From positions 1,906,302-1,970,301 of the forward strand of contig OY730414.1 of the NCBI GenBank assembly GCA_963422615.1: a DNA stretch of 64,000 nt. Reading direction: 5' to 3'. Numbering within the stretch: the first letter of the stretch is position 1; each line of letters begins with the position of its first letter. Positions 28,539-38,384 of the stretch are shown here, one piece after another. This DNA is from Longimicrobiales bacterium. Its GTDB lineage: Bacteria > Gemmatimonadota > Gemmatimonadetes > Longimicrobiales > Gaopeijiaceae. Both the position numbers and the translations under genes were made by a program. Below the pieces are notes generated by a model that saw only the letters and a program-made list of their open reading frames with translations, was not told the DNA's origin and did no database searches.

Positions 28539-30101
28539 GTGCCGTCCGATCCGCCGAACCCCCTGAACATCGCAGATTACTTCCTGGATGACCGGATTCG
28601 GGAAGGGCTGGGAGACCGGATCGCCATTCGAACGGGACCCGAGACGCATACCTACGCCGAACTCCAGGCCCGGGCCAACCGCTTTGCCAACGTTTTGGGG
28701 AACATGGGCGTCGAGCCCGGACAAAGGGTCCTGGTGGGACTCCCCGACATTCCCGACTTTCCCGCCACTCTCTTTGGAACCCTGAAGCGGGGCGCCGTTG
28801 CGGTCATGGTGAACCCCCTCCTCAACGAGGCCCGAATCCGCGACTTCCTGGACGACACAGGGGCAACGGCAGCCGTCGGCCACGCCGACCAAGCCGACAC
28901 ATTCTCCCGAGCGACCCAAAGGGCCCGCCGCCCGGTCGCACTCCTGGTCCTCGGAACCCAAGCAGGCGAAGACGCCGTCGCCCGAGCATCCCCGGACTTC
29001 TCGAACTTCCCGTCCCGTCCCGAAGATCCCGCGATCTGGCTCTTCTCCGGCGGGACGACCGGGCGCCCCAAGGGCGTGGTCCAGGGCCACGCGTCCTTCG
29101 TCAACTCTACGGAGTGCTACGCAAAGGGCGTCCTGGGCTACACCGCGCACGACATCACCCTGTCCGTGCCCAAACTCTACTTCGGCTACGCCACCGGATC
29201 CAACCTCTTCTTTCCGTTTGCCGTAGGGGCGTCGGCCGTACTCTTCCCGGAGCGATGCACCGCCGCGACCCTGTTCCGGGAGATCAAACGCCACCGCCCG
29301 ACCCTCTTGATCAATGTCCCGACCATGGTCAACCACATGGTTTCGCATCCCGAAGCCCCCACCCGGGACCTGCGCAGTTTGCGGCTTGCCACCTCCGCGG
29401 GAGAGCCCCTTTCCCCGGATCTCCACCGGCGCTGGAACGATACCTTCGGGATTGAGCTCCTGGATGGCTTGGGCACCGCCGAAATGTGGCACATTTTCAT
29501 CTCCAACCGTCCGGGCGCGGTCCGTCCCGGGACTCTCGGGACGGCGGTTTCCGGTTTCGAGGTCCGACTCCTGGACGACGAAGGCCGGGAGGTCGCTCCG
29601 GGAGAAGTGGGTCGGATGCGGGTCCGCGGCGGTTCCCTCGCACGGGGATACTGGCAGCGTCCCCGGGAGACGGGTCGGGCGTTTGTAGGAGGATGGTACG
29701 TTTCGGGGGACATGCTCACCCGGGACGCGGACGGGTACTTCACCTACCGGGGCAGAGCCGACGACCTGCTCAAAGTTTCGGGAAAGTGGCTGTCGCCCCG
29801 GGAGGTGGAGGACTGCCTGCTGACCTGTGGCGGAGTGAAGGAAGTTGCCGTGGTGGGAATCCAAGGGGAAGCCGGGCTGACCAAGCCCGAAGCCTTTGTC
29901 GTCCTGGCGCCGGGAACGGACCCCCAAGACATCGGCAGGACGCTTCAGGAGCACGTGAAACAGGAGTTGGAACCCTTCAAGTATCCCCGCAGGGTACACG
30001 TCCTTGACGAACTTCCGAGAACGCACTTGGGTAAAGTGGATCGGGGCGCCCTCAAGCGGGGTCGCCCCCCGACCGGCCATTCAAGGAGACAACAGCGTTG
30101 A
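28539..30101 (+). CDS. Benzoate-CoA ligase family protein (probable 2-aminobenzoate-CoA ligase)
   Basis: FSGGTTGRPKG, SAGEPL, DGLGTAEMWHIFISN, GRADDLLKVSG; GGAG RBS before GTG; divergent from the abm operon. Confidence 0.85.
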   Translation: MPSDPPNPLNIADYFLDDRIREGLGDRIAIRTGPETHTYAELQARANRFANVLGNMGVEPGQRVLVGLPDIPDFPATLFGTLKRGAVAVMVNPLLNEARIRDFLDDTGATAAVGHADQADTFSRATQRARRPVALLVLGTQAGEDAVARASPDFSNFPSRPEDPAIWLFSGGTTGRPKGVVQGHASFVNSTECYAKGVLGYTAHDITLSVPKLYFGYATGSNLFFPFAVGASAVLFPERCTAATLFREIKRHRPTLLINVPTMVNHMVSHPEAPTRDLRSLRLATSAGEPLSPDLHRRWNDTFGIELLDGLGTAEMWHIFISNRPGAVRPGTLGTAVSGFEVRLLDDEGREVAPGEVGRMRVRGGSLARGYWQRPRETGRAFVGGWYVSGDMLTRDADGYFTYRGRADDLLKVSGKWLSPREVEDCLLTCGGVKEVAVVGIQGEAGLTKPEAFVVLAPGTDPQDIGRTLQEHVKQELEPFKYPRRVHVLDELPRTHLGKVDRGALKRGRPPTGHSRRQQR

Positions 30102-30658
30102 CTTCCCCGCTCCGCATCCCCGTAATCGTCGGCTCCGCCCGCCGGGGCCGCCAGTCGATCAAGGTCGCCCACTTCGTCCGGAAGCGGTTGCAACAGGCGG
30201 GGATCGACCCGCCGCTCCTGGACTTGGCCAAAATCCGGCTCCCCATCATGGAGGAACGCCTGCACAAGCGGGACGACCCACCCCCGGGGCTGGTCCCGTT
30301 TTCGGAGGCGGTGGCCGAGGGTGACGCGGTCGTGGTCGTGAGCCCGGAGTACCACGGCTCCATTCCGGGCGTCCTCAAGAACGCTCTGGACTACTTGCGG
30401 GGAGAGTGGGACAGGAAGCCGGTGGGTATCATCACCGTGTCGGGAGGCGGCTTCGGGGGTGTCCAGGTCCACAATCACCTCCAACTTCTCTTCTTGCGCT
30501 TGAAGGCGCTCCCGGTCGCCGCCATGGCCGTCTCCCACGTGTCTCAGAGCTTTGCCGGGGACGGATCCCCCAAGGAGGAGCGCTATGAGACATCGTTCAA
30601 CCAGTTCTTGGAAACTCTCCAGTGGTATGCCGACGCCATCGGAGCCGCCAAGGAGTAG
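30098..30658 (+). CDS. NADPH-dependent FMN reductase
   Basis: IVGSARRGRQS, SPEYHGSIPGVLKNALD, SGGGFGG. Confidence 0.9.
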   Translation: MTSPLRIPVIVGSARRGRQSIKVAHFVRKRLQQAGIDPPLLDLAKIRLPIMEERLHKRDDPPPGLVPFSEAVAEGDAVVVVSPEYHGSIPGVLKNALDYLRGEWDRKPVGIITVSGGGFGGVQVHNHLQLLFLRLKALPVAAMAVSHVSQSFAGDGSPKEERYETSFNQFLETLQWYADAIGAAKE

Positions 30659-30662
30659 CCAT

Positions 30663-31922
30663 ATGGGACCGAAAAAGGAGTTTGGCATGCCCACCCATCC
30701 CACACCCCGGGGCGCCCAATGCAACCGGATCCCGCACCGGAGCGGGTCTTCCCCCCGTCGAGCGTTCCGGCATGGGATCGCTGCGTATAGGATCGCCGCG
30801 ATCTTGGCGGCGGTTTTTGTGGGGGGAGGAATCGGGACGACAAAGGTCGAAGCCCAGGCGTCTTCTGCGGATTTGGCGGCTGCAATGCTCGAAGCCGCGC
30901 TGGAACTCGAGAATCTCGGCGACGAGGCCGTCGCCGAGGCGCTCTATCGGCACATTGCGGACCGCTTTTCGGACACGCCCGCCGCAGAGACAGCCCGCGC
31001 GCGCCTGGGAGAGGCGGAACGCACTCATGAGGGGTTGGGCGGAGCGACCGAACTCAAGGTCTGGTCGTCGCTCTTCGGACTCTGGCTGGGTGTGCAGGTC
31101 CCATTCGCCCTGGCCACAGAAAGCTCGGCGGCGTTCGGTCTGGGGCTCCTTGTGGGCGGTCCGGTGGGCTATATGACGGGCAATGCGTACGCCAGATCCC
31201 GTCCCTTGAGCCGGGGGCAGGCGCGCGCCATCACGTGGGGCGGAACGTGGGGAGCACTTCAGGGATTCGGCTGGGCCAACGCCCTTGACGTGGGCCAAGA
31301 TTCCGAAGGCTCCAATAACGCCCTTTCGGCCTTCATGATCGGGGGCGGGCTCGCGGGGGTCGCCGTTGGCGCCTGGATTTCGGAACGGCAGATTTCCGAC
31401 GGAGTCGCCACCTCGGCGTCGACGGGCAGCCTTTGGGGTGCCTGGATCGGAGGTGCCGGTTCGCACGTCTTGGGCCAGACGGGGAATGCGGTCTGGTACA
31501 GCGCCGTGCTGACCGGAAACGCCGGGCTGGTGGCGGGTGCGTGGGCCGGACGACAGTGGGGAATGAGTCGGAGGCGCGCGCGCCTCATCAGCATCCTGGG
31601 GGTCGTCGGAGGCTTCGGCGGCCTGGGCGTAGCGCTTATCACCGACTCCAGCAGCGACCGAGTCGTCATGGCCCAGCCATTGGCGGGAAGCATTTTGGGC
31701 TTGGCCATCGGCGCGGGCGTCACCCAATCCCGGAGGGAGGAAGAAGGGAGGGAGGACGCCGACAGGGATCTCTTTGCGCCCGGCGCACTTCTGAATCTGT
31801 CGAAGGGGCGCTGGTCGGTGGCTGCGCCCCTTCCCCTTCCGGCTCCGGTCCGGGCTTCGGACCCTCGGCGAGGGACGCCCGAGACGGTGTGGAGGGTTCC
31901 GTTGCTTCACATGCGGTTCTGA
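30663..31922 (+). CDS. Exported protein: TPR-like N-terminus plus four glycine-zipper hairpin repeats
   Basis: AGGAG RBS; hydrophobic segment then VEAQA; ALYRHIADRFSDTPAAETARARL; GxxxG repeats; C-terminal Phe. Confidence 0.6.
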   Translation: MGPKKEFGMPTHPTPRGAQCNRIPHRSGSSPRRAFRHGIAAYRIAAILAAVFVGGGIGTTKVEAQASSADLAAAMLEAALELENLGDEAVAEALYRHIADRFSDTPAAETARARLGEAERTHEGLGGATELKVWSSLFGLWLGVQVPFALATESSAAFGLGLLVGGPVGYMTGNAYARSRPLSRGQARAITWGGTWGALQGFGWANALDVGQDSEGSNNALSAFMIGGGLAGVAVGAWISERQISDGVATSASTGSLWGAWIGGAGSHVLGQTGNAVWYSAVLTGNAGLVAGAWAGRQWGMSRRRARLISILGVVGGFGGLGVALITDSSSDRVVMAQPLAGSILGLAIGAGVTQSRREEEGREDADRDLFAPGALLNLSKGRWSVAAPLPLPAPVRASDPRRGTPETVWRVPLLHMRF

Positions 31923-31935
31923 CCGCAGATTTTCC

Positions 31936-32865
31936 ATGGCAACGAACGAAACGTTCACCCCCCACCGAGACCGAAGAACGGACCTGCTGGACCCCGCCAC
32001 ACTGGCCCAGCTCGGGGGAATTGATATTGTCGCCCGCCAAGTGGTCCACGGCTTCCTCCTCGGACTTCACAGGTCTCCGAACCGGGGTTTCTCGGCCGAA
32101 TTCGCCGAACTTCGGGCCTATCAGCCGGGCGACGACCTGCGGACCCTGGACTGGCGCATGTTCGCCCGGTCCGACCGCTTCTACGTGAAGCAGTACGAGG
32201 AGGAAACGAACCTCCGAGCATACCTGCTCCTGGACGTGAGCGAATCCATGGCCTGGTCCTCCCGACCGGGCCTCCCTTCGAAGCTCTGGTACGCCAAGCA
32301 CTTGGCTGCGGCTGTGTCGTTGATCTTGACCCGACAGGGCGACATCGTGGGCCTCATGGCCTTCCGAGAAAAAATCGTTCGCCAGATCCGGGCGCGGGGG
32401 GGCAAGGTGCACTGGCGCACCCTTTTGCGGCACCTGGACGCCCTGGAGAGCGGCGGCAGAACCGACGCGGAATCGGCGATTCGGAACGTGGCCATGCGGC
32501 TGAAACGCAGGGGATTGGTGATCCTCATCTCCGATCTCCTGGTCAATCCAGCGGAGACCGCAAGGGCCTTGATCTACCTTCAGCACACCGGTCACGAAGT
32601 TCTCGTATTCCACGTCATTGACCCCGGGGAGCGGGATCTGCCCACCACCGGCGAAACCCGGTTCGTTGACCCGGAAACGGGGGATTCGCTTCGGGTCTCG
32701 GTGGCAGACGTCCGGCGCCAGTACAAGGATGCGGTAGAGAACGCCGTCGCCGAGTGGACGCGTGCGCTTACCCGCCGGAGAATCGCCTACACCACGATCA
32801 ACACGGACGAACCCCTCTCTCGGGCCCTTCGCTTCTACCTCTGGAAGCGCCAGCGTCTCCCCTGA
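31936..32865 (+). CDS. DUF58 (vWA-like) protein
   Basis: G.HRS..RGFSAEFAELRAYQPGDDLR.LDW, VKQYEEETN, LLDVSESM, LISD. Confidence 0.92.
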   Translation: MATNETFTPHRDRRTDLLDPATLAQLGGIDIVARQVVHGFLLGLHRSPNRGFSAEFAELRAYQPGDDLRTLDWRMFARSDRFYVKQYEEETNLRAYLLLDVSESMAWSSRPGLPSKLWYAKHLAAAVSLILTRQGDIVGLMAFREKIVRQIRARGGKVHWRTLLRHLDALESGGRTDAESAIRNVAMRLKRRGLVILISDLLVNPAETARALIYLQHTGHEVLVFHVIDPGERDLPTTGETRFVDPETGDSLRVSVADVRRQYKDAVENAVAEWTRALTRRRIAYTTINTDEPLSRALRFYLWKRQRLP

Positions 32866-34919
32866 TGGGCTTTCTCAATCCTCTCTTTCTCCTGGCCGGT
32901 ACGGCGGTGGTGGTCCCCGTCATCCTCCACCTCTTCTATCGTCAGGAGAGCAAGACCTTCCCCTTTCCCGCCATTCGGTACCTGCTTCGGACGGAGAAGG
33001 AGCACGCTCGCCAGATTCGCACGCAGCAGCTCCTCCTCCTTCTCCTCCGAATCGCCATCGTGGTGCTCCTGGTCCTCTCGGGCGCCCGGGTCCACCTTTC
33101 GGGCCCGGGGGGCAGCCACGACCCGACCGCGCTGGCTCTGGTCCTCGACAACTCGATGAGCACCACCATCATCAGGGGCGGACGCCCGAGCCTGGACTTC
33201 CTCAAGGACCAGGCCCGACAAAGCGCTACGGGTGCGGGCCACGACGACGTCATCTGGGTCGTCCGGGCGGGCACGCCGTGGGAGCGGGCGGTTCCCGGAA
33301 GCGGGTTTCAGGCGCTGGCGGCCATAGACGCGACCGAACCCGGTCACGGACCGGGCGACCTGATCCAAGCGATCGAGAGGGCATTGGCGTTGGTCGGGCA
33401 GAGCGACCTGCCGGGACGGGAAGTTCATGTCTTCACGGACTTGCAGGCCACGGCCTTCTCCAGACCGATTCCGAATGGAGACGGGACACCGGTCGTCGTC
33501 TTCGGAACGCCGGCGGCAAACCTCTGGAACCGCAGCATCCAGAGGGTGTCTGTCGGCGGGGGCATCCCGCCCCTTGCTGGACGACCCACCTATGTGTCGG
33601 TCTCCCTCTCGGGAGCCCGCGAAGAAACGGTGGATGTTCGGCTCTACGTTGGCGATCAGGTGCGGGCCACCGCCCCGGCACCCGTCGGCACGACCCTCCA
33701 GCTTCCGGTCGGCCCGCTTCCCCCGGGGAGCGTGGAAGGATACGTGGAAATCGACCCCGACGCGCTGACCGCCGACGATCGCCGCTACTTCTCCTTTACG
33801 GTTCGGGACCCTACCCCCGTCGCCGTATTCGGGAATTCTCCATTCTTTCTCACCGAGGCCCTGGCGGTTCTGGAGGATAGCGATCGGATTGTCCTGGGAG
33901 AGGCCGACCCCGCCGTCACGATCGTCAGCGTCGGCGGGGAGGGGTTGGAGCGGCGAACCCCGACCCAAGGCGTCGTCGTCTTCCCCCTCGCGGACCCGGC
34001 CCGTCTACCCGCCTTGAACCGCCACCTGGCCAACGCGGGGATTCCCTTCCGATACCTGCCCGGATCCAACGAAGGGTCCCGGATCGCGTCGGCCCACTTC
34101 CCCGTCAACCTGACCGGGCTGGAGATCTCCCGCTTTTTCCCCGTGGTGCCGATAGACGGACCCTTGGCCGCTGCCGGGACTGGGAGTCGGGGGAATGGAG
34201 ACCGGACGAGGGCCGATTCGGAAGCCGGGGGAGCCTTCCCCTCCGCCCCGACCGCCGTCGTGACCCTGACCAGCGGCGATCCCTGGCTGCTGGCGGGAAC
34301 GGCTCCGGCGGGACCCTATGTCCTCCTGGCCTCTCCCGTGGACGAGCCGTCCACAAGCCTCCCGGTCTCCGCCGCCATGATCCCGCTTCTGGAGTGGTCC
34401 ATTGATCGCTGGCTGAAGGGCGGGGGTGAGGAGGGGCCGGTCATGGCCGGATCCAGCGTTCGGCCACCCCCCGCCGCAACCGTCGTCCGGGATCCGGAGG
34501 GCACCGCCCATCCCGTCGACGGGAGCCAACCCTTCCGGGACACCCGGAGAGCCGGCTTCTACCGATTCCTGGCCGGGGACAGCCTTCTCGAGACGCTGCC
34601 GGTAAACCCGCCCCCCGCCGAAATGGATCTCACGCCGGTTTCCGAGACCGAACTTAAGGCCGTCATTCCGGGAATCGCGGCCATCGTGGATGACGCAGCG
34701 TCGTGGCCGGGGAGCATATTCCGCGTCGGGCGGGGCCCGGAGCCATGGCGCCTTTTGGCCGCCTTGCTCGTGCTGCTTCTGGTTGCCGAAAGCGCCACCG
34801 CCGCTTCCCGGAGGCTCCGATCCCGTCCCGGGACGGAAACTCCTTCCACCCCACCGGCCCATGATTCTCGGTCCCGCAAGAGCCGTACCCGGGGCGCTCC
34901 TGTTCAGCCCGGTGGGTAA
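32865..34919 (+). CDS. BatA/vWA domain membrane protein
   Basis: MGFLNPLFLL..PVILHL, LLLLLRI, LVLDNSMS MIDAS, C-terminal TM WRLLAALLVLLLVAE. Confidence 0.85.
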   Translation: MGFLNPLFLLAGTAVVVPVILHLFYRQESKTFPFPAIRYLLRTEKEHARQIRTQQLLLLLLRIAIVVLLVLSGARVHLSGPGGSHDPTALALVLDNSMSTTIIRGGRPSLDFLKDQARQSATGAGHDDVIWVVRAGTPWERAVPGSGFQALAAIDATEPGHGPGDLIQAIERALALVGQSDLPGREVHVFTDLQATAFSRPIPNGDGTPVVVFGTPAANLWNRSIQRVSVGGGIPPLAGRPTYVSVSLSGAREETVDVRLYVGDQVRATAPAPVGTTLQLPVGPLPPGSVEGYVEIDPDALTADDRRYFSFTVRDPTPVAVFGNSPFFLTEALAVLEDSDRIVLGEADPAVTIVSVGGEGLERRTPTQGVVVFPLADPARLPALNRHLANAGIPFRYLPGSNEGSRIASAHFPVNLTGLEISRFFPVVPIDGPLAAAGTGSRGNGDRTRADSEAGGAFPSAPTAVVTLTSGDPWLLAGTAPAGPYVLLASPVDEPSTSLPVSAAMIPLLEWSIDRWLKGGGEEGPVMAGSSVRPPPAATVVRDPEGTAHPVDGSQPFRDTRRAGFYRFLAGDSLLETLPVNPPPAEMDLTPVSETELKAVIPGIAAIVDDAASWPGSIFRVGRGPEPWRLLAALLVLLLVAESATAASRRLRSRPGTETPSTPPAHDSRSRKSRTRGAPVQPGG

Positions 34920-37900
34920 GGGTACCCGCCACCCGGCGGTCGCGGCCATCGCAAGGACCGACGCCTTTCGAGAACTGGTCGGGAATCTCCCGGGACCCGG
35001 TGAAGAGATAACCGCGGGCGGCGCGATCGGCTCCCTCTCCCTGGCTGCGGTCGCGGCCCTCGCCCGTCGACTGCCCAGCCGACTCTGGGTGGTGACGGCG
35101 TCTTCCCCCCGGGAAGCGGAGGAGCACATGGGCGACCTCACGACCCTCATGGGCCCCGAAGCGGTGGCGTATTACCCCCAGCGCGAAAGATCTTCTCCGG
35201 ACAAGGACAACACCCACGCCGAGTTCTCGGGACAGCGGGTGGAAGCCGTCGAATCCCTTCTGGCAGGGAGGGCGCGGGTTCTCGTCGCCACCGAACGATC
35301 CCTTCAGGAAGTGGCCCCTATTCCCGACGAGCTGGCCCAACTCCGATTCACCGTTGCAGCAGGACAGCAGCTGGGCAGAGATGTGCTGATCAATGCCCTG
35401 AACAGCCGGGGCTTCAAGCGAGCGCCGGTTGTCGAGGAGATCGGACAATACGCCGTGCGGGGGGGCCTCATCGACTTCTTCTCCTTTGGTTCGGCGGGGC
35501 CCGCGCGGGTGGAGTTCAGGGGAGACGAAGTCGCTTCCACACGGCTCTTCGACATCCTGGACCAGCGATCCACAGAACCGGTTGAGCACGTCGATATCCT
35601 GCCCATCGACTTCCGGAGAGGGGCGGAGCCGGGGCGGGCGACCCCTTGCTCTCTTCTGAACCGCCTCACCCGGGACACCACCTTGGTCCGGACGGAGCTT
35701 TCCGAGTGGGAGGACGCGGCCGAGACGGCGTGGCGCCGGGCCAAGGACGGTTACGAGGAGGATCGGCACCACGGAAACCCGGGCATTGCGCCAGAGACCC
35801 TCTTCCTGAATCCAAGGGAGTTTTTCACCCGAGCCGCCGGGCTTCCCGGGCTGGTCTTCGCCGCGGAGCCGATCGGCGAGCCGGTCTTCCCCACCCTTCC
35901 GCCTCCTCCCGTCGAGCGGGACGTCCGCCGACTGCGATCCTTTTTGGCCGACGCGGCCAAGGAAGCGGCCGAGACCCTGATCCTGTGCGACAACGCAGGC
36001 CAAGCCGCCCGCCTGGAGGAGCTGGTCTCGGACCGAAGGGGAACCGTTCCGCGAAACTGCCACTTCGTCGTCGGCTCCCTCAGCGCCGGCTTCCGCCTCC
36101 GCGACCCTGCGCTCAGGGTAAACGTCCTTACCGACCACGAGATCTTCCGGCGCAAACGCAGGATCGGGCGAGGCCGACGGTTTCGGGGAGCCGCGTCTCT
36201 GGAGAGCCTCGCTCAGCTGTCGCCGGGGGATTACGTCGTCCACATGGACCACGGCATCGGGCGCTTTCAGGGGTTGGAAAGGATGGTGGTCGGGGGTGAG
36301 CCCATCGAGGTGATGGTCATCGCCTACGACCGGGACGAGCTGTTGAGGGTCCCCGTCCATCGCCTGGACCAAGTGGAGCGCTGGATCGGTGCCGACCCGG
36401 ACGCCAGGCCCGTCCGCGTTCACCGGATCGGCGGCAAGCGCTGGAAAGCCCTCAAGGAGAATACCGAGACGGCAATCCACCAGATGACCGCCGAGCTCCT
36501 GGAGCTCTATGCCGCCCGTCAATCCCGTATTGGACACGCCTTCCCGCAGGACACCCGCTGGCAGCGGGAAATGGAGGCGTCCTTCCTCTATGAGGACACA
36601 CCGGACCAGCGGCTGGCAGTGGAGGCGATCAAGAAGGACATGGAATCCCCGAAAGTCATGGACCGGCTGGTGTGCGGGGATGTGGGGTACGGCAAGACCG
36701 AGGTGGCCATCCGGGCTGCCTTCAAGGCCGTTCAGGACGGGAAGCAGGTCGCCGTGCTTGCCCCCACCACGGTCCTGGTGGCGCAGCACGCCCGAACCTT
36801 CGGAGAGCGGCTGGCAGACTACCCGGTGCGAACGGCTTCCCTCTCCCGCTTCGACGCCCCCAGCCTCCAGCGTAAGGTCGTCAAGGCGCTCCGGGACGGA
36901 TCCTTGGACATCGTCATTGGTACCCATCGCCTCATTTCCGGCGATGTGGGCTTCAAGGATCTGGGGCTGGTCATTATCGACGAGGAGCAACGCTTGGGCG
37001 TCCGCCAGAAGGAGCGCTTGAAGCGGCTACGAGCCATGGTGGACGTGCTCACCCTCTCCGCCACGCCCATCCCCAGAACCCTCTACATGTCCTTGGCCGG
37101 CATCCGGGACCTATCGCTGATTCGCACCCCGCCCCGGGACCGAATGCCCGTCGTTACCCACGTCGTTCCGTGGAGCGATCACTTGATATCGGAGGCTTGT
37201 CGGCATGAACTGGACCGAGGAGGCCAAGTCTTCTTCCTGCACAATCGAGTCCAGACCATCGACACGATAAGAGAAAGAGTCCGCAGGCTGGTGCACCCGG
37301 CGACCGTTGATGTGGCGCACGGTCAGATGGGCAGCCGGATGCTGGATCGGGTCATGACCCGCTTCACCGAAGGCGACACCGACGTTCTGGTTTGTTCTTC
37401 CATCATCGAGAACGGGTTGGATGTGGCCAACGCCAACACCCTGATCGTGGACCGAGCCGACCGCTTCGGCCTCTCCCAGCTGTACCAGATTCGGGGCAGG
37501 GTCGGCAGGTCGGACCGGCGGGCGTACTGTTATCTGATCGCGCCCGACGCAATCTCTCCGGATGCCGAGAAGCGCCTCCGTGTGTTGGAACACTACACCG
37601 AGCTGGGCAGTGGCTACCAGATCGCCCTGCGAGACTTGGAGGTCAGGGGCGCCGGGAACCTTTTGGGCGAGGACCAGTCCGGCTTTGCCCACGCGGTCGG
37701 CCTGGACACCTACCTCCGCCTTGTGGAGCAAACGGTTCAGCGTTTGCGGGAGGGAAAGAATCGGACGGAGTATCCACGCCCCGAGGTTACCATGGACGTT
37801 GGCGCGTATCTGCCCGACGAGTACGTGGCCGATTCCCGCCAGAAGCTCCATCTCTATCGCCGTCTCTCCAAGGTTTCGCAGCGCGGCGAAATAGAGGACC

Positions 37901-38265
37901 TGGCAGAAGAGATGACCGACCGCTTCGGCCGACTTCCAGCCCCTGCGAGGCGGTTGTTGGACCAGTTCCTTTTGGGAATCGCCGGGCGAAGGGCCGGTGC
38001 CGATCATGTGCTGGTTCGGGAGCACCGGGTTCGGGTGAACTTTCGGGCCGGTGTCATGCCCCGGGTATCGGCGCTGGAGGAGGCCCTGAATGGAGAGAGA
38101 GTCTCCGCGCAGGTGCGCAGGGTTGCACCGTTCTCTATTGTCTTTGAATGCTACGACCCGGAACGCACAGCCGCCGTCGTGGTACGGGCACTGGACGCCC
38201 TCGGGACGTCCCCTCACCCGGACCGGGACATCTCGCATGCGCAGACGGCGTGGGCGGCCCCCTAG
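34861..38265 (+). CDS. mfd: Transcription-repair coupling factor
   Basis: PGDYVVHMDHGIGRF, CGDVGYGKTEVA, IDEEQR, SATPIPRT, QIRGRVGRS, TRCF domain. Confidence 0.96.
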   Translation: MILGPARAVPGALLFSPVGKGTRHPAVAAIARTDAFRELVGNLPGPGEEITAGGAIGSLSLAAVAALARRLPSRLWVVTASSPREAEEHMGDLTTLMGPEAVAYYPQRERSSPDKDNTHAEFSGQRVEAVESLLAGRARVLVATERSLQEVAPIPDELAQLRFTVAAGQQLGRDVLINALNSRGFKRAPVVEEIGQYAVRGGLIDFFSFGSAGPARVEFRGDEVASTRLFDILDQRSTEPVEHVDILPIDFRRGAEPGRATPCSLLNRLTRDTTLVRTELSEWEDAAETAWRRAKDGYEEDRHHGNPGIAPETLFLNPREFFTRAAGLPGLVFAAEPIGEPVFPTLPPPPVERDVRRLRSFLADAAKEAAETLILCDNAGQAARLEELVSDRRGTVPRNCHFVVGSLSAGFRLRDPALRVNVLTDHEIFRRKRRIGRGRRFRGAASLESLAQLSPGDYVVHMDHGIGRFQGLERMVVGGEPIEVMVIAYDRDELLRVPVHRLDQVERWIGADPDARPVRVHRIGGKRWKALKENTETAIHQMTAELLELYAARQSRIGHAFPQDTRWQREMEASFLYEDTPDQRLAVEAIKKDMESPKVMDRLVCGDVGYGKTEVAIRAAFKAVQDGKQVAVLAPTTVLVAQHARTFGERLADYPVRTASLSRFDAPSLQRKVVKALRDGSLDIVIGTHRLISGDVGFKDLGLVIIDEEQRLGVRQKERLKRLRAMVDVLTLSATPIPRTLYMSLAGIRDLSLIRTPPRDRMPVVTHVVPWSDHLISEACRHELDRGGQVFFLHNRVQTIDTIRERVRRLVHPATVDVAHGQMGSRMLDRVMTRFTEGDTDVLVCSSIIENGLDVANANTLIVDRADRFGLSQLYQIRGRVGRSDRRAYCYLIAPDAISPDAEKRLRVLEHYTELGSGYQIALRDLEVRGAGNLLGEDQSGFAHAVGLDTYLRLVEQTVQRLREGKNRTEYPRPEVTMDVGAYLPDEYVADSRQKLHLYRRLSKVSQRGEIEDLAEEMTDRFGRLPAPARRLLDQFLLGIAGRRAGADHVLVREHRVRVNFRAGVMPRVSALEEALNGERVSAQVRRVAPFSIVFECYDPERTAAVVVRALDALGTSPHPDRDISHAQTAWAAP

Positions 38266-38384
38266 TGGGACGCCCACGGGGATCGGGTGACCGAAATCGT
38301 ATGCGCGATCCGAAGCGTCGGTGTGCCGTCCGGTCGCGTCAACGACGCCAAGCCCCCAAGAATCACGGAATACAGGGACGAATC

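Noticed and set aside
19634..30658. Cluster as a secondary-metabolite (quinolone/benzoxazole-type) biosynthetic locus
   Set aside because: No PKS, NRPS, ACP or FabH-like condensing enzyme; the content fits catabolism better.
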